In this document: piece after piece, positions 9,486 to 20,302 of the stretch | Layout of the letters: every line of letters begins with the position of its first letter | How positions within the stretch are numbered: position 1 is the first letter of the stretch | NCBI RefSeq assembly: GCF_004010195.1 | Contig: NC_057718.1 | Coordinates: 91,739,337-91,773,813, forward strand | From: Chiloscyllium plagiosum | Taxonomy: Eukaryota | DNA: 34,477 bases | Reading direction: 5' to 3' | Program-made: the position numbers and the translations under genes | The notes under the pieces: model-generated | Seen by the model: only the letters and a program-made list of their open reading frames with translations | Database searches by the model: none | What the model was told of the DNA's origin: nothing

Positions 9486-11653
9486 TGCAATCAACAAATA
9501 TTCATTGCGTCAGACAAACTATGAATCAGAGTCTTTACCTGATAATCATACACTCTTTTAAAAGGGATGTCTGATCACAGCTTTAAAAAATTTAGTATTA
9601 AAAATTCAGGAGAAACAAAGGTTGGCACCAGATTATGCAACAGATATGGAGAATCTCACTTGCTGAGGTTTAATCCGCCAAATGACTGCTTCTGTACTGA
9701 AGCTATGATTCCGGTTGAATTTGAATTAAACTCAGATGGTTTGACCATCACCTTCTTTGTCTTGTGTAAAAATTCTGCACAAAAGGAGTTTAAACAATAT
9801 TAAGTTATTCCTTACAGAGCCAAAGCTCAGAGAACAAACAGAACTATAAATTGTATCATATTGCTCCATCAAGGCCAAAACCATGATTGCTGGGAGTGAA
9901 GACAGGTTGTATCTGTACAAATTGCTCATAGATGAGACCGGACATTACAGATCATGGCAGAGATTTATGAGAAAATCCCTGTCAGCAGCATTATTCAAAA
10001 ATGTTGTGTGGCTCATTATACTTTGAAGGAAGAAAGGGTGGATCAACAGCAAATGTCATTGCATCACCTGGTCAAGCTATCTCCATGAAATCTCCAACTA
10101 GATTGCCGTTCAAGTCAAGGAAATGTAAAGCACCTGGGTTTGTCTCAATTCTTCAAGGGCGAGAGGAAGGATGGAACTGAGATTCATAAACATGTTAGTT
10201 AGAGTCACCAACTAGTGCTCTGTTTAGTTGGACAAATGGACACATCACTGGTTTCAATGAAGCACTAACCACAGGGCAACTGATTACAACAGTTCTTCAT
10301 CCTCTTCCTCTAAACAAAGTCTGCAAAGGCCACATTATCATTTGTGATAGCAGCTTTCAATACAGGCTGGTGATCTTGAAAAGTACACTTATGGAGGAAA
10401 CATTTAATTTGTCAAACAACGTTTTTATATAACGGCATGACTCTGATCATTTGTGTGAAGACAGTTACCTGGTCTGATCTCATTAGGCGAGGACCAAACT
10501 GTCTGGGAGGAGAAAAATTGCAGCACGGAGTCTTTGCATCAGCAGATTTACAGATCACAATGGTGTCTGAACTATAGTGCTGTACCCAAACTATGGACTC
10601 ATATGTTGCAGCCAATGTAGGTCCATTGTGTTCTTCCATGAGAATGACATCTCTTCATTCCATAATGACGGAAACCAGCTTTTAACAACAGGTTATCGTC
10701 AGAAATGGCCATATAGATGTTGATATGTAACCTTTTATTTTTCATCTGATGGCTTTTTGACATCAGCCAGGTTTAAGTGCTAGACAACACTGCCTAGAAA
10801 CCATGCCACAGGCAAATAAATCTATCACACGCTTAAAAAAAAAGTGGTCTTAATACTTTAAAATTAGACAGTTGTGAGATGCAGTGGAGCAGAAATTCAT
10901 CATCTGCCCAAACATCAGGCACAATGTTCACCTTTGGTTGAGTTTTGAATTCTGGAAATGTGCAGTCATTTTCTCTCTCTCTGAATCAATAAAGAGGGTT
11001 TTCTTGATTGTCTGCTTCCAAGTGAAGTCTTCAATAAGGAATGAGGTAAAGTGTCAAAGTGTAGATGAGCTTCTGACACTGATGGTGAAATGAATTGACC
11101 ATCTCAATCCTTCCTAAGCGTCACTGTTTCAGTGTTTGATGCATTTCTGCCACAGTTTCAGGGGCTACTGCAGTGTAATACTGTGAATTATGTAGAGACC
11201 AACATCTGTGCATTATATATCACATTAATTCACTATTTCTTTTATCAGACATTCAAAGATATTCAAAGGCTGCTGTTCTGCCAAATAGGTTGTTTACCTT
11301 CAGACTGACATTTAAAATGGATTACAATATCACAGTGTTAATGTGAAAACAAACTTGAATGCAACCACAAAACCTACCTGCTTTAGCAATACAAAATGGC
11401 TGCACCCTCATGAGAATGGGCTCCCAGCCATAACAGGGCATAAAGTAAAATACTGCCATTTTATTTTTAAGCAATTCATCATTATTTGCGGAATTGTGTG
11501 ACAGCAATACAAATAGAATTCAATTTTGAATGTAATAGAGATATCTAGTTAAATTCCTACATTGACAATAAATATTACATTACAGAATTCCAAGAATTAA
11601 ACATTCCAAAACACAAAGATATTAGGTAGCTGTATGCAATAAAGCACAAAAAC

Positions 11654-13310
11654 AGTGTGTGGGGAGTCTGGGCAGATAGGGGAAGCCCTAAATGAGTTTT
11701 TTGCTTTGGTTTTCACTACAGAAAGGGTCTTTGTTGTGAATGAGAACTTTTAGGAGCCAGAAAACAGGCTTGAACAGATCAAGATTGAGGAGGCTGATGT
11801 GCTGGAAATTTTAGCAAACATTAAGATTGATAAGTCCCCAGATTTATCCTAGGTTGCTCTGGGAAGCGAGAAAGGAGGTTGCTAAGCCATTGGCGAAGAT
11901 CTTTGCTTCCTCACTCTGCACGTATCAGAGGACTGGAGGGAGGTGAATGTTGCTCCTCTTTTCAAGAAAGGGAATAGAGAAATCCCTGGCAATTACAGAC
12001 CAGTCAGTCTTACATTTGTGGTCAGCAAAGGTTTGGAAATAATTCTGAGGGACAGGATTTATGACTATTTGGAAAAGCATAGCATGATTAAAAGCAGTTA
12101 GCATGGCTTTGTGAGGGGCAGGTTATGCCTCACAAAGCTTATTGAGTTCTTTGAGGAGGTGACGAGACAGGTTGACGAAAGTCAGGCAGTGGATGTGGTG
12201 TATATGGGCTTCAGCAAAGCATTTGATAAAGTTCCCCATGATAGGCTCATAAAGTCAGGAGGTATGGGATACAGGGAGATTTAGCTGATTGGATTCAGAA
12301 TTAGTTAGCTGACCGAAGGCAGAGAATAGATGGAAAGTTTTCTGCCTGGAGATCAGTGGTGAGTGGTGTTCCGCAGGGCTGTGTTCTTGGACCTCTGCTC
12401 TTCGTAGTTTTTAATAAATGACTTGGATGAGGAGGTTGAGGGATGGGTTAGTAAATTTGCAGATGACTCAAAGGTTAGAGGTTCCATTGATTGTATCGAG
12501 GGCTGTTGCAGGTGCAGCACAGCATAGACAGGATGCAGAGCTGAGCTGAGAAATGGCGGATGGAGTTCAACCTGGATAAATGTAAAGTGATGCAGTTTGG
12601 AAGGACAAACTTGATTGCTGAATATAGGATTAAAGACAGGATTCTTGTACAAATGCATAGATTCCTCAAAGTTGTCACCCAAGTGGATAGGGCTGTTAAG
12701 GTGTTTTGGCACTTATTAACAGGGGGATCAAGTTTAAGAGCCGCGAGGTTTTGCTACAGCTTTACAAAACACTGGTGAGACCACACTTGAAATATTATGT
12801 CCAGTTCTGGTTGCCCTACTATAGGAAAGATACAAAGGCTTTGGAGAGGGTGCAAAGAAGGTTTATCAGGATGCTGCCTGGATTGGAGGGCTTGTCTTCT
12901 GAAGAGAGGTTGACTGAGCTCAGACTTTCCTCTCTGGAGAGGAAGGAGAGAGGTGACCTGATCAAGGAGTACAAGGTAATGAGGGGCATGGATAGAGTTG
13001 ATAGCCAGAGACTTTTCCCCTGCTACGAGGGGTCATAGTTTTAAGGTATTAAGAGGAAGGTATAGAGGAGACGTCAGAGGTAGGTTCTTTTCGCAGAGAG
13101 TTGTGAACGCATAGAATGCGTTGCCAGCGGTGGTGGTGGAAGCAGAGTCATTAGGGACATTTAAGCGACTGCTGGACATGCACATGGACAGCAGTGAATT
13201 GAGGAGTGCGTAGGTTAGGTTATTTTATTTCAGATTATAATTAATCCTCAGCACATCATCATGGATTGAAGGGCCTGTTGTATGCTGTACTTTTCCATGT
13301 TCTATGCTCT
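11654..13310 (+). mobile_element. CR1 LINE, 5'-truncated ORF2 (RT) plus 3' tail
   Basis: PGNYRPVSLT, HGFVRGR.CLT.LIEFFEEV, FSKAFDKVPH, SGVPQG.VLGP, KFADDSK, LYKTLVRPHL.Y.VQFW.PYYRKD, with stops and frameshifts; ttctat-type tail. Confidence 0.95.
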
Positions 13311-13539
13311 AAAACATTTCAAAACAATAGGCTTGAAATACTTTACAGATTGAACATGATTATTATGATAGGAAGATAATCAAGGTGAATTCAAATCCAA
13401 GTGGAAGATTTCTGAATCAGTAATCAGCATTATCTATTTATTGCAAAAATAAGCATTGTGGCCTAATATCACATCCACTATAATTTGTCCAATTGTCAAT
13501 ATTTTGCAGTTCATATTGAGTACAATCAAAAATACTCAC

Positions 13540-13611
13540 CACTGCCTCGAATCCAAATTTTTAAGTTCCCTTAATAGTTTTGAGTTTTTCTTCAGAAGAT
13601 GAAAACTATTC
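13540..13611 (-). CDS. RALGAPA2: Internal coding exon (72 nt) of Ral GTPase-activating protein alpha subunit
   Basis: Minus strand: ttcctccttcttttgttctaag|G AAT AGT TTT...AGG CAG TG|gtgagt. It encodes [23 protein letters not shown](C). [12 protein letters not shown] matches my recollection of RALGAPA2 (RALGAPA1 has KKNEKLLRELRN). Phase 2 at both ends, compatible with exon 2133-2010. Confidence 0.93.
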
Positions 13612-13730
13612 CTTAGAACAAAAGAAGGAGGAATACCTTAGAACCTAAATGAAACATGCAACAAGTAACAGCTTTATTTTCACAAGTACGAATGCATCAT
13701 TTCGGGATTTACATTCAGAGGTACCTTGTT

Positions 13731-13835
13731 CGGTGCTCTGAAAGCTAGTGTGCTTCCAATTAAACCTGTTGGACTATAACCTGGTGTTGTGATTTTTAAC
13801 TTTGTACACCCCAGTCCAACACCGGCATCTCCAAA
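13731..13835 (+). mobile_element. 5'-truncated pseudo-LTR of another Penelope-like family
   Basis: gtgctctgaaagctagtg...ccaattaaacctgttggactataacctggtgttg...ccccagtccaacaccggcatctcca, recalled as a common shark PLE terminus. It begins within the hammerhead stem II/GAAA region. Confidence 0.65.
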
Positions 13836-13839
13836 CGAA

Positions 13840-14110
13840 GGTGCATATGAGAATTTGAGAGTTCTGGCAGAAAATGGAGTGAGACAGATGGTGTTTGAGT
13901 TAGAAATATGTGCTTTTAGTAATGAAAAGGCAAGAACACATTTTAGGAGTGGAGGGGAAAGGTGTTTTCATAATGAATTGGTAGTTCGGTAGTTTGCAAG
14001 GACAAAGGCATAAAAAGTGGGTTTTTTTTGAACGGGCGAGTATGACACCAGATTTGAAGAGAAGCGGAATAATATCCATGGGAAGAAGGATGGTCAATAA
14101 AAAAAAAGTT
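13840..14110 (-). mobile_element. Old L2-like LINE RT fragment
   Basis: The minus strand gives KKTH...C.CKLPNYQ / LQTTELPI, a decayed KKP.LDP..LANYRPIS motif (cggtagtttgcaaggacaaagg...gggtttttt). Confidence 0.5.
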
Positions 14111-15269
14111 TGATGAATGGCTTGTAATCAAGTCGGAAACACTACAGTCTAGTTCTCATACAGATAGTGAAAGACAAACAAGTTAGCTCAACCAAATTTG
14201 ACTTATTTCCTTACTGTCATTATTTAATTTCAAACCAGCTGGGCAGATGCAAGTTCAACTTTTAAGGCAGAGATTTCATTGACATTTGATAAAAATATCT
14301 CACAGCTGCACCTTTAAATTTCTTGAATTTTCCAATGAGAATCGGCGACTATTTTGAGCATTGACCCTCAGCTAATGCTTAAAAATTCCTCAGGATGTAA
14401 AGAAACATAAATTAAGTTAATTTAGATTTAACTGAACTTCTGTTACAACACAAAAAAAACAAAATTATATGTTCTCTGACGAAGCTTAGCTGATAAGCAT
14501 TCAACATTTGTTCAAGTTTTCCAGACACCTCAGCTCTCTTTTGAGATTAATTTTTTCAAGAAGACTCAAGAAAATGCAAGTGATAACTCATCTACAGTTA
14601 TCTAATTCAGCAGTTAGTGACAAGTTGACTCTAGTTAACTGACTTAATTGAAAGTTCAATCAAGGTGAAGACTCCGTACTCTCAGTGTGCAGCTAACTGG
14701 TGAGAAAATTTTGCAATGAGATTAAATAGCTACAGCCAAAGAAATGTATAAAAAGGATTTGAGAAGATATACTTCAGAATTCTACAAAGATGTGGCTAAC
14801 CTTGAAACAAACCAGCTTGAAACTTTCAATTCAGTGAATCCTCTGGTCTTGAACCATTCAAGTGTGATTAACTCTCCCAACAAGTGTATGTGTAATTATT
14901 AACAGTATTCATTGCATTCTGAATTCTTGTGAAAGCCAAGAAATTCCCATTTTCTAGTTGAATAACTAACAAAAAGGGACCAGTCACCTCCAAACAACTG
15001 GATCTTCATGTTTCAAACACTCATTTTTATTTTAATACCTCCTATATCTATGTCTGCTATTCTACATCTGTATTCAGGAAAATAGGAAAGGAAGGGTGGT
15101 AATATTGATTAAGGAGACCACTGTAATGCTGAAGAGTGTGTTCCAAAGGGTTCCAAAATGTATTTGGCTCAGTGGGTTGTTTTTTGGAGGGGGGTGTGGA
15201 GGAGGAGAAAAGGTGCAATTACATTGTTCAATGTAGTTTACAGACTGCCAACTGGTAAAGACAACAAAG

Positions 15270-16160
15270 AGGAACAAATTTACAAAAAAAACTGCAGGCA
15301 GGTGCAAGAATTATAGATCACTGCAACAGGGACTTCATGATCTACATATAGGTATTTGCATATGGGGTAAAGAATTCTATGGAATTCAGGAAAATTTCCT
15401 ATAGAAGTGTGTTTAAAGTGCAATGTGAAATGAGCGATCGCTCGTCTTGATCTGTGGAAATTAGGTGAATAAAGAAATAGTAGGGCAATTTAGGTTAGTC
15501 AGGAAAAAGGACAAGGAACGTTGCGAAGTAAAAATAATTAATTCATAGAAAGCCACCTTCAATGGGATTAGAATGGATCTGACCGAAGTTAATTATAATC
15601 AAAGATTCACTGGCAAACATATCACTGTGTAACACAAGCTATTTTTAAAGAGACATTTTGGCCACAGTCAATGTTATATTGCTACAAGGGAGAAGATAAG
15701 AAAAACAAATTCAGAGCTCACTGGGTGACAAAAAATAGTTGAGATTAAGAAAAACGTACATGCAACAACAGCAGGTGAATAATATCATTAAAGATGAGGT
15801 TAAATACAAAAGGTTATAACAATAAAACAAATTTAAATATCAAAAGATTCAGAGGAAAATTAGAAAAGCAAATAGGAGCAAGAGTGTGAGAAACATTGGC
15901 AGTCAACATAAAAGACAATCTAAAAGTCTCTATAAGAGCAGCAAAATGAATGGGGTAGATCAAAGACCAAAAAAAAAGGGATTTATGCATAAACGTAGTT
16001 GGCTTGACAGAAGCTAAAGAATGTTATTACACTCATGAAGATAATGCTGTAATGTCATACAGACAGATGATTTACACATTTGAAATTGATGAGGTATAGA
16101 ACAGACAACTTTTTTTTAGCAGTGGGTAAGTTACTGCAGACAAGCTGGATGTATATGAAG
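15270..16160 (+). mobile_element. Very old CR1 ORF2 remnant (endonuclease-to-RT linker)
   Basis: gggacttc (GDF), caggaaaatttcct, agaaagccaccttcaatgggattagaatggatctg, gtcaacataaaagacaatctaaaagtc follow CR1 ORF2 order. Heavily decayed. Confidence 0.55.
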
Positions 16161-16993
16161 GGAAAGTTGGTGGACAAGTAGTAGTTGATCGGTCTGTGAA
16201 ATGGTGCTCAGTTGTTGATGACAAAGGTCTTCTGTCTGCCAACACCAACATGATTGGCTCCTAGGAAACTGAACAGTTTGAGGCCGTGAATGAGGTAGAC
16301 AGAAGGCTATCCAGATCTATGGGAAAGATAGTTTTCTCTGCCATAAAATAACACCTAAAACTGGATTATTTTCCTTTACAAGTTCCTGTCAGCTGTTGCT
16401 TTCAATCAATGTCAGAAACCTCAATTTTTCAAACATGTCATATTTCATTTGGACTTTGAGCAATTGATGATACAGTGCTTTGTGCCTCCTGGAGAAAGTG
16501 AGAAATACTTGGGGAAGAGCAAGAGATATGACAGCGCGATGAATAGCAAATTCTAACAAGTCCAAAAGAATCCCAGTGAATCCCGTGGACAGAAACCAGA
16601 CTTTCCCTCTAGAGTCATGGAGTCCGACACACAGAAAAGGTCCTTCAGCCCAAACTGGTCCATGCTGACCAAAATGTCCATGTACGCTAACCCCATTTCC
16701 CTGCACTTGGCCCATATCCTTCTAAACCTATCATATCAAAGTGTGGGCTCACCAACATCCTGTACAACTGTAACATAAACTCCCAACTTCTATACTCAAT
16801 GCCCTGACTGATGAAGTCCAGCGTGCCAAAAGCCTTCTTCACTGCCCTGTCTACCTGTGACTCTATTTTGAGAGAACCATGTATCTCAACTCCAAGGTCC
16901 CTCTGTTCCACTACACTCAAAGTTTGAGAGAAGATTTGTAGCTCTTGGGTGCTCGTTGCTGTGGTTCTGTTCGCCGAGCTGGAAGTTTTTGTT

Positions 16994-17033
16994 GCAAACG
17001 TTTCGTCCCCTGTCTAGGTGACATCCTCAGTGC
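16994..17033 (-). ncRNA. Mirror copy of the predicted hammerhead motif, on the RALGAPA pre-mRNA strand
   Basis: Exact reverse complement of 17526-17565. Confidence 0.6.
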
Positions 17034-17525
17034 TTGGGACCCTCCTGTGAAGCGCTTCTGTGGTTTTTTGCGAATACCTTGTATAGGTGTTCCTCTTCCT
17101 CTTTTTGCACTTCTGGTGTGCTGCAGTGTGTTGTGGCCCTTTAAAAACACGGAAATAGAGAATACACACCGGATCATCAACTCCACACTCAGAGGAATCC
17201 GATTCACAAGAGAGGAAGAAAAGGACAACCAACTCCCATTCCTAGACGTGAGGGTACAGAGAACACCAAACGGAGAATTTTGAATAGTGTCTTGATGCAA
17301 CTTCATTTGTGTGTATCGGGGTGGTTGCTTTCATCGTTCAGGACTTGGTCTGTGTGTGTGGCTTTCCTGTGTACCTTAGTGGTGAATTCTCCGTTTGGTG
17401 TTCTCTGTACCCTCACGTCTAGGAATGGGAGTTGGTTGTCCTTTTCTTCCACCGGAAGCGGCAGGGACAGGCCACTATAAATGCCGGAGGAAACACCACA
17501 GAAGCGCTTCACAGGAGGGTCCCAA

Positions 17526-17565
17526 GCACTGAGGATGTCACCTAGACAGGGGACGAAACGTTTGC
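17526..17565 (+). ncRNA. Predicted minimal type I hammerhead ribozyme motif in PLE pseudo-LTR
   Basis: GCA-CUGAGGA-U-[GUCACCU agac AGGGGAC]-GAAAC-GU-U-UGC: CUGANGA box, a stem II hairpin with one mismatch, GAAA box, palindromic AAACGUUU stem III and a 3-bp stem I GCA/UGC. Activity untested. Confidence 0.6.
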
Positions 17566-18099
17566 AACAAAAACTTCCAGCTCGGCGAACAGAACCACAG
17601 CAGTTCCACTACACTCCTTAATGCCCTACCATTCACCATTAAACTCCTTTCAAAATGCAAGACCTCACACTTTTCTATATTAAACTCCATTTGCTATTTA
17701 TAGGCCCACTTCCGCAGCTGATCAAGGTCCTGCTGCAATTTCTGACAATCTTCCTCAGTGTCCACAATACCTCTTACTTTAGCGTCATCTGCAAACTTAC
17801 TAATCATGCCTTGTACATTCTCATCCAAATCCCTGATATAGTAATATCTCAATCTTTGTGTCTGTCAGCATCAGGGAGTATTTCATAAGGCAAAGTTTGT
17901 ATTTATTTATCGGTAGGTAAAACCTATTTAACCGCAATAAATAGTAATCCATAAGTACAGAAATCTAATTCAGAATTTCTGTCAACCTGGGTCTAAAAGA
18001 CAGGTAAATTAGGGAATTTTGCATAGTTTTACAAAATTTTTAACTTTTTTTGACAACTCCAAGAATAGCCAATCCTGATTTTCAGTGCACCATTCCAGT

Positions 18100-18870
18100 A
18101 AGGTATAATAATAGGCAAGTTGATGACATTGGTGAATAAGTGACAGATGAAATTTAATGCAGAGAAGTGTGAAGAAATTTATTTCGACAAGAATAATGTG
18201 GAAAGATAATATAAAATAGAGGCTACAATTTTAAATAGGGTGCAAGAGCAGGGGGAGCTGGATGCAGATGTGAATTAATCATGGCAGATTGAGAGCAGTT
18301 GACAACACGTCCCAGGCTTTTTCAAGGAAAGATAGAGTACGAAAGCAAGAAAATTATGTTAAACTCACATAAATTGTTAGTTCAGCATTAACTAGAGCAT
18401 TGTGTGAAGGAATTAAAGAGGCTGCAGAAAATATTCAAGAGAATTAAGTTCATCTTCCCTGGAACTAGCTAAGGAGATTGACAGGAGGACAAGTGAGCGT
18501 GTTCTCTTTGAAAATGGAAGGTTGAAAGGTGACTTGCTTGAGGCATTCAAGATCATGAAGCCTAGATAGAGGAGCTAAGAATCTGTTCCTATTGATGAAA
18601 GGATTGAAAACTAATTGGAACGTATTTAAGATTATTAGAAATAATGCAAAGAGGGTATGATGGAATTTTTTCCATGCAGCAACTGATGAGGACCTGGAAA
18701 GTGTGGTGGGGACAGGGTCAATGGATGCATTCAATATGGAATAACTGGACTACTATCTGAAAGGAAAGGTGGTGAGAGAAATGGGGCGAAAGTGGACAGT
18801 GGCATCAGATGAATTGCTCCTTCAGAAAGCCAGAACAGAAACAATGGGCAAAATGTATTCCTTGTCCATT
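18100..18870 (+). mobile_element. Old CR1 LINE 3' part
   Basis: gacagatgaaatttaatgcagagaagtgtgaag (QMKFNAEKCE), atagagtacgaaagcaagaaaattatg (IEY.SK..M), ggtgacttgcttgaggcattcaagatcatgaag (GDLLEAFKIMK). Confidence 0.8.
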
Positions 18871-19134
18871 CAATTGCTCAGACGCCAATTTTTTTTTTAA
18901 GTTTCAACTTTGATGACAATACAGTCAGTTTCCCACAAATGGTTTCAACAATATTGGACACATATTAAAATTCTCATACAGTCAATACAAACAGATGAGA
19001 TAAAATGGCTGCTATTGTTCTGTTTTTCTTATTTGTGCTTACATCATTTCTGAAAGGACTACGAGTAGTGAAAACTGAGACCAGAGTTTCTGCTTCTATG
19101 TCTATATTTTACCAACTGCTCTTTTATGTTTTCA

Positions 19135-19325
19135 ATGCATCTGGGTGTTGCTAGCTAGGTCACTATTTCTGGACCATCCCCCAGTTGTTTCCTTCTTGGC
19201 CTGCTGTATACAATTGAGTAGCTTGATAGGCCATTTAATATTCAACCAAATTGCTGTCAATCTGGAGTCACACATAGGCCAGACCAGCTAAGGAAGGCAG
19301 ACTTTCCTTCTCTGAAGCACATTGC
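19135..19325 (-). mobile_element. Old Deu-domain-type SINE, 3' part
   Basis: tctggagtcacacataggccagaccagctaaggaaggcagactttccttc resembles the reverse of the shark SacSINE1-like body as I recall it. Confidence 0.6.
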
Positions 19326-20131
19326 TTAACTTTTCATTATGATTTTGAAAGCATCAAGAATTATGAAGACATTCATAACTGGAGATGTTCCTTTAGGGTA
19401 AGGTAGCATATGGAGGTCGTTGTACATTAATGTAGTTCAGAAAACTTTACATTTTCCTGTTTATTGTTAAGGCTTTGCCAACCTCATTTATTAAAAGCAT
19501 GAATGATGGCACGCTTTTTACACAGTGGACATCACATCCAAGGCCAACCGGTTAACGCTTAATGTTTCCAAACACTTCTACCCTGGTCATAGAAAGCATC
19601 AGAAGCGGGAACCCTGGCAGATGGTTCTACCAAGTTAGGAGCATGGGAACCAATTGAAACATCTTTACCTTGATGTCTGAAGTTGACCTATGTGTTAGTT
19701 AACTACTAAGTTAACCAAATAAACTACAAAATTTGCAAACATTTCTCGCTCTTAGATTGTACCAATTGTAAAAATATCTGGAACAGTTTCACAGTAATCC
19801 AAATATTTCATTCTTCTTGAATCTTGGTATAATTTGCTGCAAGTAATACATTCATGAAATAGAAAGAGAAAATTGGAGCAGGAGCAGGTCATTCAGTCTT
19901 TCAAAACTGTTTGATCATGGCTGACCATCCTACTTTTGACTGCAAACATAAATATATTATCAAGCATTACCTTCCTATTACCTAGTTCTCAAATTAGGTG
20001 GTTTAAATTGATCAATTTCTAATCTTCAATTTAAAAATTCTGAATTGGCTTGTCATTTGAATTCAGACTGAGCGAGTGCGATATCATACTTCCAAAAATA
20101 TGTTTGTGAAAGATAGAATCAGACTCTTACC

Positions 20132-20302
20132 CAAAACTGAAACCAGAAAATGCTGGAAATACTCAGGTCAGACACATCTGGGAGAGACACCAAATTAACA
20201 TTCAGATAACTTTAAAATAAGATTAATTCAAAAACATTAATCTGTTACCTCTCATATGCTGCCTGAGCCCCAGGTATTTCAGATTCCCAACATTTAGTTT
20301 TT
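20132..20302. mobile_element. Highly decayed fold-back PLE pseudo-LTR remnant
   Basis: aaatgctggaaatactcaggtcagacacatctgggagag ... ctctcatatgctgcctgagcc...gtatttc; same architecture as the hairpins at 2285 and 2867. Confidence 0.55.

Larger units (their letters stand above)
16919..17602. mobile_element. Rearranged Penelope-like insertion with terminal inverted pseudo-LTR arms and 14-bp TSD
   Basis: TSD gttccactacactc at 16905-16918 and 17603-17616. Arms at about 16957-17064 and 17495-17602 are perfect reverse complements. Internal RT pieces lie on both strands (FTREEEKDNQLPFLDVRVQRTPNGEF; KVHRKATHTDQVLN; ATTHCSTPEVQKEEEEHLYKVFAK). Confidence 0.93.
16611..17830 (-). mobile_element. CR1 LINE 3' part, split by a Penelope-like insertion (16611-16918 and 17603-17830)
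   Basis: Minus strand: KFADDAK at about 17785 and SVVEQRDLGVEIHGSLKIESQVDRAVKKAFGTLDFISQGIEYRSWE. The two halves rejoin across the duplicated gttccactacactc. Confidence 0.9.
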
